DNA of 64,000 nucleotides from a virus. A program made the position numbers and the translations under genes. Of the stretch, positions 1 to 10,800 are shown piece by piece (position 1 is the first letter of the stretch; the number at the start of each line of letters is the position of its first letter). The notes beneath the pieces are model-generated. The model ran no database searches. It was not told the origin of the DNA and was given only the letters and a program-made list of their open reading frames with translations. The stretch spans positions 15,488-79,487 of the IMG/VR virus record IMGVR_UViG_3300047470_000115, one strand, 5' to 3'.

Positions 1-369
1 GACCTGGTCAAGCGCGCGTGCAACCTCGACGAGTGGATCGAGTACGACTCGGTCTACCGTACTCGTCCCGTCGGGTCGAAGGTCACCACGGTGAACAGGT
101 TCTTCCCGGAGAACCGACTCCTGTTCCTCCCGGCCATCGAGGACATCAACTCCTTCGACGAGACCGAGATCGGCTTCGGACGTACGCTGACCTCGCCGCA
201 CCCGGAAGGTAACTGGTCCGCCGGTTACTACGAGTGGGAGAAGGACACTGGCCCCGACCCGTGGGGGCGTGACCGTGGGACCGGTGTCAAGGCGTTCCCC
301 GTTCTGCCGCACATGGACATGACGGCCGCCTTCGACCTGACCCTGCCCGCCACGATCAGCAGCCTGTAG
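1..369 (+). CDS. major capsid protein, C-terminal part (lambda gpE-like; 5' end outside window)
   Basis: Frame is open from base 1 (DLVKRACNLDEWIEYD...FFPENRLLFLP...DPWG...AFPVLP). The C-terminal pattern resembles gpE-type capsids, codon bias is strongly GC3, and it lies upstream of head-tail genes. Confidence 0.75.
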   Translation, partial: DLVKRACNLDEWIEYDSVYRTRPVGSKVTTVNRFFPENRLLFLPAIEDINSFDETEIGFGRTLTSPHPEGNWSAGYYEWEKDTGPDPWGRDRGTGVKAFPVLPHMDMTAAFDLTLPATISSL

Positions 370-381
370 GAGGTCGCCGGT

Positions 382-576
382 ATGGCACAGCGAAACGCTG
401 ACGGTACAGTCACCATCAAGACCAAGGGCAAGACCGGGCGCCCCGGCGGCACCACTGTCGCCAAGGGTACACCGGGCGGTGTCCCCGCCAAGGACATGGG
501 TGCCGCGAGTCCCAAGCGTGTCCGCACCAAGAACAAGGCGACTCCGAAGAACCAGCCGAACAGCACGGAGTCCTGA
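382..576 (+). CDS. small basic Lys/Gly/Thr-rich protein
   Basis: AGGAGG RBS at 369-374, GC3-biased codons, followed by a hairpin. Confidence 0.7.
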   Translation: MAQRNADGTVTIKTKGKTGRPGGTTVAKGTPGGVPAKDMGAASPKRVRTKNKATPKNQPNSTES

Positions 577-580
577 TTGT

Positions 581-612
581 CCGTCGGGGTCTTTTGGGGA
601 AGGCTCCGACGG
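581..612 (+). terminator. hairpin after the capsid-proximal genes
   Basis: ccgtcgggg(tc)...(gg)ctccgacgg imperfect inverted repeat. Confidence 0.4.
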
Positions 613-635
613 GCCTCTAATCGGAGGGATGGGTC

Positions 636-1001
636 ATGGCGGACACCGCCGAAGAGAAGGCCGACAAGGCCCCGGAGAACATCACCGGTGACTGGCTGGG
701 CGACGACGAGGCGCGAAACTTCGGCGTCGAGGGCAACGACCTGAGCGGGTACATCGGAGTTTCGCCCGAGTACATGACGTACGCGGACGACACGCACAAG
801 CCGTACTCTACGGACGAGGAGGTGCTTCCGCCTGCGGAGCAGCTCATGTTCGCCGAGGACGGCGCGGATGCAACCGAGGCCGACGACAAGTCAAGCGACG
901 CGGACTCAAAGAAGGAGGAGCCGAAGAAGACTGCGGCTCCCTCTTCCGCCAAGGCACCGACCGGCGCGACGACAAGCAAGACGGCTTCTACCTCGAAGTG
1001 A
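636..1001 (+). CDS. acidic/low-complexity virion-region protein
   Basis: GGAGG RBS, GC3 bias, position between capsid and adaptor genes. Confidence 0.7.
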   Translation: MADTAEEKADKAPENITGDWLGDDEARNFGVEGNDLSGYIGVSPEYMTYADDTHKPYSTDEEVLPPAEQLMFAEDGADATEADDKSSDADSKKEEPKKTAAPSSAKAPTGATTSKTASTSK

Positions 1002-1010
1002 GGCTCGGGC

Positions 1011-1502
1011 GTGGCGTATTCTGAAGTTGGCGATCTGCTGTTCGGGTCGGTCCCGACCGTCGGTCAGGATCTGGCCGCATGGGTGGATCGTGCTGACGAA
1101 GAGATCGACGCAGCAATCGGCAACATCTACGTCACGCCAGTCTCCTTCCCCTCGACCACAGAGGCGCGACCCGGCAAGCTCCTGGTCAAAAAGATCAGTT
1201 CGCAGCTGGCCACCGGTCGCGCCATCATGTCTATGGACGCTGGCAGTGAGGAGAGTACCCTCCACCAGTATGGACTGTATCTGATCAAGGAGGCCAACGC
1301 CTCTCTCAAGTGCATCAAGGATGGCGACGTTATCCTCCCTGGTGTACAGATGATCAGCCCCGATGACTTGACGTCGGCGCCGAAGGTCTACAACGTCGAC
1401 AGTAGTAGCGCAGTCGAGGATTTCTTCGGGCAGTTCAACACTGCCAATCGAGGGCCGCAAGGCGTGCCCTACTGGATCAATGCAGATAGGTGGGGAGGCT
1501 GA
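1011..1502 (+). CDS. head-to-tail adaptor (Mu gp36/DUF1320-like)
   Basis: MAYSEVGDL start, ADEEIDAAIG.IYV.P motif, ending with IKDGD; synteny. Confidence 0.65.
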   Translation: MAYSEVGDLLFGSVPTVGQDLAAWVDRADEEIDAAIGNIYVTPVSFPSTTEARPGKLLVKKISSQLATGRAIMSMDAGSEESTLHQYGLYLIKEANASLKCIKDGDVILPGVQMISPDDLTSAPKVYNVDSSSAVEDFFGQFNTANRGPQGVPYWINADRWGG

Positions 1503-2065
1503 TGGCAAGGGCTAGCCGCACACCCTCCTCATCTGGTAGCGGTGGATCTGTTTCGGTAAGTCTCATCGGTGACTCTAAGGCCGTGGATCTTATGATCACA
1601 CGGCTTGAATATCTGTTGGGGCCGCTCGGGATGAGCGCCTTCCTGGTCGGGCAGGTCACTCCCTACCTCAAGGCTCGCGCCGCAAACAGGTTTGCGAACG
1701 AGGGCGACTCGGTCTCTGGGCCATGGCCTGCACTCTCCCCTGTGACAGTGTCGATTCGAAACAGCCTGGGCTATGGCGGAGAACATCCGATCAACCGTCG
1801 ATCTGGGGCACTAGAGCGTTGGGTTACCGGATCGACGCCGACACTAGTAACCAGTCCTGTCCTGTCGGTCCTCACGTACCCAGGCAACCCTCCTTCGGGA
1901 CGATTGAAGGACAAGGTTGTCACTGCCCAGACGGGACAGATCGCTGGAAAGACATCTGGCACTGTTCCCCGCCCGGTGCTCGGCATGGACGCGACAGACT
2001 ATGTCGCCATTCTCGGAATGCTCGCACTTAGTGTCGAGGCCGTTGGAAGGACTGGCAGGATTTGA
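1502..2065 (+). CDS. virion morphogenesis/tail completion protein (Mu gpG-like)
   Basis: RFANEG...W.ALSP.T...R...SG.L...PRPVLG pattern; start overlaps the upstream stop (TGATG). Confidence 0.6.
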   Translation: MARASRTPSSSGSGGSVSVSLIGDSKAVDLMITRLEYLLGPLGMSAFLVGQVTPYLKARAANRFANEGDSVSGPWPALSPVTVSIRNSLGYGGEHPINRRSGALERWVTGSTPTLVTSPVLSVLTYPGNPPSGRLKDKVVTAQTGQIAGKTSGTVPRPVLGMDATDYVAILGMLALSVEAVGRTGRI

Positions 2066-2550
2066 TTAACGCCGACTCGACAGCTTTCCCCGGCAATGTC
2101 ATCGAGAAGGTCCGTCCGCGAGCGCAGGCTCTGGATGCAGACCTGTTCGTTGTGGCACGTCCACTGCAGCCCACTGATCCGATTCAATCGGTGGGAATTT
2201 TCCCGGCGCAATGGGGGCCGCAAGAAGGATCGCAGGAGATGGGACGCCAGTTCCCTGGCGAGCCAACACTCCAGAGGTACGACTTCGTGATCCAGGCACT
2301 CGTCAAGCATACGGATCAGGTTGAGGGCACTGCAATCATTTCAGCATTGTCGTCGATGATCCGTCGGATGCTGTACCGGGACGCAGCCTTGACGGTAGCT
2401 TTGACAAGCCTGAGCTCGTCGGCCCTGGGCTCAATCGAGAGGACCCAGCGCTGGGGTGTTGGGAGTCAAAGGTATCTGACGAACGAAATCTCGGGCAACT
2501 GGGTGTTCGTCAGCACATCCGAGTTCTGGGTCGAGACAGAGTCCACATAG
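2062..2550 (+). CDS. tail terminator-like protein
   Basis: Size and position immediately before the tail tube gene; 4-bp overlap with upstream gene. Confidence 0.5.
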   Translation: MINADSTAFPGNVIEKVRPRAQALDADLFVVARPLQPTDPIQSVGIFPAQWGPQEGSQEMGRQFPGEPTLQRYDFVIQALVKHTDQVEGTAIISALSSMIRRMLYRDAALTVALTSLSSSALGSIERTQRWGVGSQRYLTNEISGNWVFVSTSEFWVETEST

Positions 2551-2559
2551 GGAGTACGC

Positions 2560-2916
2560 GTGGCGACGACGGATGAGGAACTGCAGCAACTGCAGAGTGA
2601 GATCAAAAACAAGAAGAAGTCGCTGGAGGAGAAGCAGCGCAAGGGCGCAGAGCTGCAGCGACTCATTCAGAACGACCAGACCAAGGACGCCCTCGCCAAG
2701 GAGTCCGAGAACCTGGACGCCGCGCTCGCGCAGGCCGACGCCCACCTCGGCGCCCTCGAAGAGGCGTCCGGCGTGAGTGCCGATTCCATCAAGCTCGCGG
2801 TCACCCGCAGTGCGTCGGAAACGCCTGCAACTCCAGCTGTCGCAACTGCGCCGGTTCCGGACAGCGCAACGCCGACCGAGGCTGCGACCTCGACCAGCGC
2901 CAAGCGCGGCAAGTAG
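2560..2916 (+). CDS. coiled-coil hypothetical protein
   Basis: GGGAG RBS; heptad-rich N-terminus and Ala/Pro/Thr tail. Confidence 0.7.
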   Translation: MATTDEELQQLQSEIKNKKKSLEEKQRKGAELQRLIQNDQTKDALAKESENLDAALAQADAHLGALEEASGVSADSIKLAVTRSASETPATPAVATAPVPDSATPTEAATSTSAKRGK

Positions 2917-2929
2917 AGGGGGCAGTTAA

Positions 2930-3940
2930 GTGGGATTCTCTTCCCAGGGCGGCGCGGTACTCGTCAAGACGCAGGCGGTCAAGGGCACCTTCCCGGCCGA
3001 CTTCGACGCGACAGCGATCGGCGTCAAGCTTCGTTCTGGAGCACTCGGCGCCAGCCGAGACCTCCTCATTCCGGACCCCGAGATCGGTGGCGGTCGAGAC
3101 ACTGCCGACGCATACCTCGGTGCGATCTCGTTCTCCGGAGACTACGAGTTCTATGCGCGCATGGAGAGCGTCGGCTCGTTCCTGGCTGCCGCCCTCGGTG
3201 TCACGAACAGTGCACTCGTGACCGGCGTGGGAACTCACACCATCACGCCGAGCGATGCGGCGCAGTTGCCGTACATCGCAGTCCAGGAGCAGATCGGCGC
3301 CGGTCTCGATGCCTTCAACTACACGGACGCTGTCGTCAACACCTTTCACCTCGAAGCCGAGGCGAACGGGTACCTGATGGGCACGGCGGGTTTGATCGCG
3401 CGCACCCAGCTGCCGGTCGCATCGCCTGTGGCCTCGCCCGAGTTCGACAACACGCCGATGACTGTTGGCACGAACATCACGGCGACTTACAACGGCGTGA
3501 CCGTACCCGCGAAGTCCTTCAGCCTCGACATCAACAACAACTTCGAAGACGACGACTTCCGCCTCGGCTCGTTCTTCCTCGGGGACCTGACTCCGAAGAC
3601 TCGCGAGATCACGGCCCAGCTGTCGATCCGTCACGACTCGAAGGACATCTGGCGGCAGGCCACCTACGGGTCTTCGGCAGCCGTGGCCCCGGGCGGCATC
3701 GCGACGAAGCAGCCGCTCGTCATCACGATGACGACGTACGAGGACATCGTCGGCAGCACGCCGCTCACCAAGGCGAGCCTCCAGTTCACGATCCCCAAGG
3801 CGATCATCAGTCCGTTCGCGTACGGACCCTCGGGTGACGACATCCTGGAGAACGACATCGACCTGCGCGGACTTCGCCCCGACCCGGCGAACCCGATCCT
3901 CACGGCCGTGCTGAAGAACAGCCTGGCAACCCTCCCGTAA
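2930..3940 (+). CDS. major tail (tube) protein
   Basis: 336 aa, highly biased codons, tube-like pattern (SLDINNN, REITAQL), directly upstream of chaperones and tape measure. Confidence 0.85.
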   Translation: MGFSSQGGAVLVKTQAVKGTFPADFDATAIGVKLRSGALGASRDLLIPDPEIGGGRDTADAYLGAISFSGDYEFYARMESVGSFLAAALGVTNSALVTGVGTHTITPSDAAQLPYIAVQEQIGAGLDAFNYTDAVVNTFHLEAEANGYLMGTAGLIARTQLPVASPVASPEFDNTPMTVGTNITATYNGVTVPAKSFSLDINNNFEDDDFRLGSFFLGDLTPKTREITAQLSIRHDSKDIWRQATYGSSAAVAPGGIATKQPLVITMTTYEDIVGSTPLTKASLQFTIPKAIISPFAYGPSGDDILENDIDLRGLRPDPANPILTAVLKNSLATLP

Positions 3941-3987
3941 CCCAGATCAATTCGAGATAGCTAGACCTAGAAAGGGTCATCAGTCTC

Positions 3988-4548
3988 ATGGAATCCACCA
4001 TGGAAGTGAAGCACTTGAGCGAGAGCGCGGACGCTGCGATGTCGGCTGCTGGAGTCGACGTCGCGGTCTCACAGGAGGTCGACTACTTCGACTTCGAGGA
4101 GCTTGGTGAGTTCCTCATGCCGGACGGCCGCCAGAAGATCTTCCTGAAGGCGCTGAACGAGGGCGCCAAGCGGAAGTTCCAGAAGGAGACCAGCCGGGAC
4201 CTTCGCGTGCAGCGATCGAGCGGTGACGCGCTCGTGAAGATGGACCCGGGCCAGGAGCGTTACACGCTCTGCATGGAGTCCATCACCGGCTGGACGCTGC
4301 GTCGGCGGAACCCGAAGAACCGCGAGGTTTGGGAGAACGCACCGTTCGACCCCTCCAACGTCAAGCGGTTCTTGGAGGCGACGAACCCGGCCCTCATCGA
4401 GGATCTGGAGAAGGAGATCCGCAAGCTCAACCCCTGGCTGCTCGACGAGTTGTCGGTCAAGGAGATCGACAAGGAGATCGAGAACCTCCAGGAGCTTCGC
4501 GCGAAGGCGGTGGAACGGGAAGCGGCAAAAGCCGATTCCGCGAGCTAG
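3988..4548 (+). CDS. tail assembly chaperone (gpG-like)
   Basis: Lies between tail tube and tape measure; overlapped by a -1 frame ORF. Confidence 0.8.
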   Translation: MESTMEVKHLSESADAAMSAAGVDVAVSQEVDYFDFEELGEFLMPDGRQKIFLKALNEGAKRKFQKETSRDLRVQRSSGDALVKMDPGQERYTLCMESITGWTLRRRNPKNREVWENAPFDPSNVKRFLEATNPALIEDLEKEIRKLNPWLLDELSVKEIDKEIENLQELRAKAVEREAAKADSAS

Positions 4549-4787
4549 TCTTCAACTGGGCCTTCGATAAGAAACTCGAATGGATTCCAGAAAGTCTCCG
4601 ACTGTACGTCTTCTGTAAATCGATCAAGTTCACGCACCTCCCGGTCGCCGGTGGCCTGTACGATCAGCACCCGGACTTGATTGAACAGTGGGAAGTCATC
4701 ATGGAGGCCGAAGCTACTCGCCAGAGGCGCGACGAGGAAAAACGCGAGGCGGAATCTCGCCGAAATCAAAGGCGTCGCGCTAGATAG
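4524..4787 (+). CDS. tail assembly chaperone gpGT extension, via probable -1 frameshift at G GCA AAA (4524-4530)
   Basis: The -1 frame reads KSRFRELV...HLPVAGGLYDQ, a motif typical of gpT parts; no convincing start of its own. Confidence 0.65.
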   Translation, partial: GKSRFRELVFNWAFDKKLEWIPESLRLYVFCKSIKFTHLPVAGGLYDQHPDLIEQWEVIMEAEATRQRRDEEKREAESRRNQRRRAR

Positions 4788-4814
4788 CCCCCGGTGCTTT
4801 ACGGTGCCGGGGGT
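4786..4814 (+). terminator. hairpin after tail chaperones
   Basis: agcccccggtgc...gtgccgggggtt followed by T-rich sequence. Confidence 0.45.
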
Positions 4815-4883
4815 TGTCCTTTATCTTCAACAGTAGTCGGGTACGTGAGACCCTTTTGGACACTATAAGTCCTAGGGGTCTCG

Positions 4884-7800
4884 TTGAGCGCAGCAGTGAT
4901 GAACATCCAGGTCCGAGTTATCAACGGCAATGCCCGCTCGGTTCTTCGGTCTCTGCGCTCCGACATCGACAACGTGAACCGTGCACTTGGGGACACGAAT
5001 AAGCGGTCTGCACTTTCAGGTCGAGGCATGACCTCCCTGGGTAACCAGATCCAATGGACTGGACGACAGATCCAGACCAACTTCACCTTGCCACTCATCG
5101 CTGCAGGTGCTGCTGCAGTCCATTGGCAACTCCAAAACGAACAGGCGATGACAAGAGTCGCCAAGGTTTACGGGGACGCCTCTCTCTCTGCAGCCACAAT
5201 GAAGAACGAGCTCCATGCACTGAGTGGTGCATTCGAGGAACTGTCGAACCACTTCGGCGTGCAGCAGTCCGAGGTCATCGGCATCGCGGGTGACTGGGCT
5301 GCAGCCGGTGCATCAGGCCTTGCCCTCGCCAAGAGTGTCAAGCTCACCCTTGAGACCATGGTCCTCGGCGAGATGGACGCAGCCGAAGCGACGCAGGCAC
5401 TCATCGCGATCCAGGCACAGTACGGATTCAGCACTACTCGCCTCGCTGAAACGATCGGCTACCTGAACGCCGTCGAGAACCAGACCGGTATCTCGATGAA
5501 GGGCCTCATTCAGGGCTTCGCGCGTTCTGCTGGTGTAGCACGTCAGGCAGGTGTCGACGTCCGGCACCTGGCCGCCATGCTCGCAGCCATCAGCCCCGCT
5601 GCAGGTGGTGCGGCTGAAGCCGGTAACGCACTCAAGACTATCTTCTCTCGACTTGCATCTCCAACTCGCGAAACAAGTCAGGTGCTGAACCTCATGGGTA
5701 TCAGCATGAAGGACTTGGAGTGGAAGTCGTCGACGGCCACCGAGCAGCTTCAGATCATGTCGAAGAAGTTCAAAGAGCTGTCGGACAAGCAGAAGGAAGT
5801 CGTCTCGACGGTTGTCGCGTCGCGTTGGCAGATCAACAAGTTCTCCATCCTCATGCGTGAGTTGTCATCGGAGAACGGCTACTACCAGAAGGCGCTTGAT
5901 GCGACAGCGAGTCGTCAGCACGTCTTCAACCTGTACCAGAAGGAGCTCAACACTGTACTGAGCTCTAATCCGCGTCGGCTGCAGATCATCTGGACGATGA
6001 TGCAGAACGCTGCGACCGACATCATCCAGCCGATGATCCCACTTCTCCTGTATGTGGCGAACTCGGTTCGCATGGTGGTCCAAGCATTCTCGAGCTTGGA
6101 CCCGGCACTCCAGAAGCTTATCCTGTTCGGACTGGTAGCCCTCGCGTTTGTTGGGCCGTTCGTCAGGTACGTCGGATCGTTGCTGACGCTGATTGGCGCA
6201 CTCGTCACGATCGTCAGTGCCATGGCTGCGCCATTTATAGCTGGCTTCGCGGCCATCGGAACTGGCGCAGCAGCATTCGCTAAGGGTATTGGTTTCGTCT
6301 GGACCACCATCATGGTGAACCTGAGAGCCATTACTTATATCGGGATGGCCTGGATTCAAGGTGTCTGGGCTGCTGGCATGTTTGGACTGCGCCCCATCCT
6401 GTCGCTGGTCGGAATGATCATCGCGAGCAGGTGGGCAACGCTGATGGCAGCGCTCCCCCGTACCATGGCGGCAGCCCAGATCCTCATGAGGACGATCTGG
6501 ATCAATGGTCTGCTCGCCCTGGCCGCAGCACAGATCGTGGTAGGTGCCCTACTGACCCGCGCTTGGCTGGCGACCATGAGGGCGCAGGCTGTGATCACCT
6601 CGGTTGCGGGTACCGCAATCAGGGCAGCCTATACAGGTTTGATGCTGAGTATCGCGGCTATCTCGTCCGTGGTGTACCCGCTCGTTGTGCGCATGTGGAC
6701 TGCGATGATGACAGGCGTCTTCATCGTGGTGAACGCTTGGAGCAGGTTCACTACGATGATCTACCGCGCCTTTGCGATGGGCCTTACGCCCATCAGCGTG
6801 GCGGCTGGCGCGCTCCTCACTGCAGCCTGGACCGCAATTACCACTGCTGTACAGTACGTGCTCCTCGCTGGCACGATTGCGTACACAGCTATTTGGCGCC
6901 TGTTCGCCTTCGGCCTCGCGCCCATCACCGCAGCTGCAGGCAGGCTACTCACTGCAGCGTGGGTCGCGACAATGCGCGCCCAGATGATCGTGATGGCGGC
7001 AGCTCAGAGAGCGTGGGCTCTTGCGTGGTCCGGCATGGTCGCGATTGCTGCAGCTGGCTCCAGAGCCATCGCCCTCGTAACCACCATGGCCACGGGCGCG
7101 ATCACCCTCCTGGCGGCGTTCCCCGGACGCGTGGCAGCCCTCTTCCGTGGCGGTTGGGCCCTATTGCTAATAGTGGCGAGAGCCGGACTTGCCGGTCTCG
7201 CGTCGCTCATTACCGGCGCGGTTGGTGCGATCAGTTGGCCCGTCGTAGCAGTGATTGCTGCCGTCGTTCTGTTGATCGCAGGGTTCTGGGATCAGATCCA
7301 GGCCATCTGGAACAACATAGTCAACTACTTCAGCAACAGTGGGAACTCGCTAGTTACGGCAGTCAGGAACACCTTTGGCAGCCTGGGCAGCATGATGTCC
7401 AGGGTGTTCAACAAGCTGCCCGAGAGTGTGAAGAACGCAATGCTGGCGGTGGTCAGCCTGGTCGCCGCAGCCGCACGCAAGGTGTACGAACTCTTCAGCT
7501 ACATCAACCCGTTCGCGCATCACTCGCCCTCGCTCGTCGAGAATGTCACGAACGGTATGGCGATAGTTCGCAAGCAGTTCGCGACACTCTCCGAGGTTGA
7601 GGGTTACGTCAAGTCTGCCTACGCAACGATCAGTGCATTCGGGCGCGCGACGGCAGGCCTCGCCTCGAAGAACCAGGCAGCCGACTTCGCGGAGAAGCGC
7701 GCCTCGATCGTCAAGCAGTCCCCGAGTGCCGGGCCTGCGTTTGACTCGATGGTGGCACAGATCAATAAGCTGACGCCTGTACTTAACCAGCTGAAGTCTG

Positions 7801-10800
7801 CAGTAGCAGCACAGCAGGCTGTCGTTGATCAGTGGTCCAAGGCTCTTGACGATGCCAACGCCAAGCTGGACGTTCAGCAGGATAAGCTAGAGAAGCTGAA
7901 GAAGGTTGCTGACGACCTACAGAACCAGCTCGATGCTGCGAAGTCGACTCTCGACACCTGGGCGGACACTCCCATCCAGGGTCAGCAGGCAATGTCTGAT
8001 GCGATCTTCGATAACACGATGGCGCAGAAGAAGCTCCAACTTCAGATGATGGAGATGGAGAAGATCACCGGCCCGCTTGATGACATCAAGAGTAAGATGT
8101 CTGCGATCAACGGCCAGATGGATCAGCTGCAGGGCATGCGTACAAGCCTTCAGCAGGGTGGCGCTGGATCTGACATCCTCAAGTTCTATGACGACCAGCT
8201 CGCTGGCCTGCAGGGTCAGAGTGATGGACTTGGAGAGCAGGCGAAGGCGCTCCAGGATATGCAGGATCAGCTCGACGAGTTGGCGCGCAAGGGCCAGGAG
8301 CTTGACCTGCAAAACAGCATCCAGTTCGATCCGCTGATTCGGCAGATCGAGCAGGCGTCGAAGGATATGAAGGAGATGCCCTTCGACACCATCATGGCTG
8401 GGATTAAGGGCAGCAAGGCTGAAGTCGACAGCCTGACTGATGCGTACAACAAGGCTAACGCCGAGGTCGAGAAGCAGCAGAAGGTCGTTGACGCAGCCAC
8501 GGCGGCGCGTGACGCGATCCAGAAGCGTTACGATGAAGAGAACAAGAAGCTTCAGACCCTCAAGGACTCGTACGACAAGATCAACCAGGCCATCCAGGAC
8601 ATCACCAACAGCCTGAATGACATGGCATCGGCAGCTGATGCTGCTACCCGTCGGGCTACCGATAAGAAGGCAAAGAAGAAGGGTGGCGACAGCCTCAGCC
8701 CTGGTGCGCAAAACTTTATCGATGCAGCCGGTGGCAACTTCCCCGACCCGGGCATGGATGCCGCGATTGGCCGAGAAGGCGGTATAGGGGATCAGTCGTC
8801 GGCCATTGACGACTTCACGAAGGATCTTGCTAAGCAGACGTCCGGTATGTTTGCTGGACTCAATCCCCTTGGCCCGCTCAAGAAGTGGTGGGACAAGGCG
8901 TGGAGCTGGCTCAAGAAGTACATCGGCCCGCTGTTCTCCGGACTGGGAGACTTCATCGGCTCCGCCTTCGAGGGTATGGGAGACCCCTTCGGTGGCGCGA
9001 TGAGCGGATGGATGGACAGCATCAAGGGTTTCGTTGACACTTCGGTAAAGGTGTTCGGCGAGATCGTTAGCGGCGTGTCCACATTCGTCGGACAAGTCTG
9101 GGGATTCATCCAAGGGTTCTGGGACTTTGCGCAGCCTATCTTTGAGCACCTATGGGACGGCATTGTCGATGGACTCAAGAAGATGTGGGACAAGATTGGT
9201 CCACAGCTTGCAGCGTTCGGCGACCTCGTCAAGCCCGTCGGTGACGCGATCAGTAACCTGTGGACACTGATCGGACCTATCATTGGACTGATCTTCGCTG
9301 ATCTTGCTGCAGGCGTAATGCTCGTGGTGGACATCATCGCGCACACCATCGGTCCAGTACTCGAGACCATTGGTGCCATCATCGGTGGAGTCATCCGCAT
9401 CATTCGAGGAGTCATCGAGTTCCTCGTCGGAGTCTTTACCCTCGACTGGGATATGGCCTGGAAGGGCATCACTGATATCTTCGGTGGCGTCTGGGACATC
9501 ATTGCAGGCATCGTTACAGGCGCCTGGAATATCGTGGTCGGTATCCTCGTAGGTGCACTTGACTGGGTTGGCCATGTCTTCGCGTTCATCTGGAACAAGG
9601 TCAAGGGGCCGTTCAAGGATGCATGGGACTGGATCACAAAGAAGCTGACAGGCTGGAAGGATAGCTTCGTCGGCACTATGCGAGACCTGTCGAACTGGCT
9701 CGGCACGAAACTCGCCAACGCATGGAAGCCCGTAAGTGACTGGTGGAGCTCGACTTGGGGCACCATCAAGAAGAATGCGATCGGCGCCAAGGACGCGATC
9801 ATTAAGCCCTTCGTCGATATGTATAACTGGATCTCCAGCAAGCTCACTGGTGTCATGGGGACCATGTCGGCGAAGTGGAAAGAAAAGTGGACAGACCTTA
9901 AGAAGTGGTTCAACGACGCGAAGAAGTGGATCAGCGATCCGCTGAAGGACGGCATCAACTTCGCGATCTCGGCGATCAACCTGCTCATCAGTGGACTGAA
10001 CAAGGTAGCCGACCTACTGCCAGGTCTGGACTGGCACATCAGCCCCATCCCGAAGCTGGCAGCCGGTGGTGGCATTCCGACTAAGCATGTCGGCGGAGGC
10101 TTCAAGACGACTGGTCCGAGGGCCATCGTCGGCGAGGGTAACCAGCGATACCCAGAGTATGTCATCCCGACTGATCCGATGTATCGAGGTCGAGCGTTCA
10201 ACCTGCTCGGCGGTCTTACGTCTGACCTTGGAATCGCGCAGAGTTCGATCGGAGGCGTCCCGGCCTACAAGGGCGGTGGCATCCTCGGCTCGATCGGTGA
10301 CGCGATCGGAAGTGCAGGAAACTTCTTCAAGGGCCTGGGCGACGACCTACTGAGTCACATCAGCGACGGTGTGGCAAGTTACATTGTCGATCCATTCTTC
10401 AAGATGGCTGACCCCTGGGTAAGCAAGATTAATTGGAAGTTCGTCAAGGGTATGTGGAATGCCGGAAAGGCGAAGATCAAGGACTGGCTGTCGTTCACTG
10501 ATGACGCCGCGAAGGAGAAGTACGAGGAGGGTGGCGCCGCTGGAATCCCTGCTGGAAAGCTGAAGACCTGGATCACCAAGGCCCTCGGCATCATCAAGGA
10601 ATCCCTGAGTCTCTCCAAGGGCGTCTACAACATCGCCATGCATGAGTCTGGCGGTAACCCTCGGGCTATCAACCTCACGGACAGCAATGCCAAGGCGGGT
10701 CACCCGTCCAAGGGCGTTATGCAGACTATCGACGGCACGTTCAACGCGTACTCGATCAAGGGCCACAAGGATATCTGGAACCCGGTCGACAACATCATCG

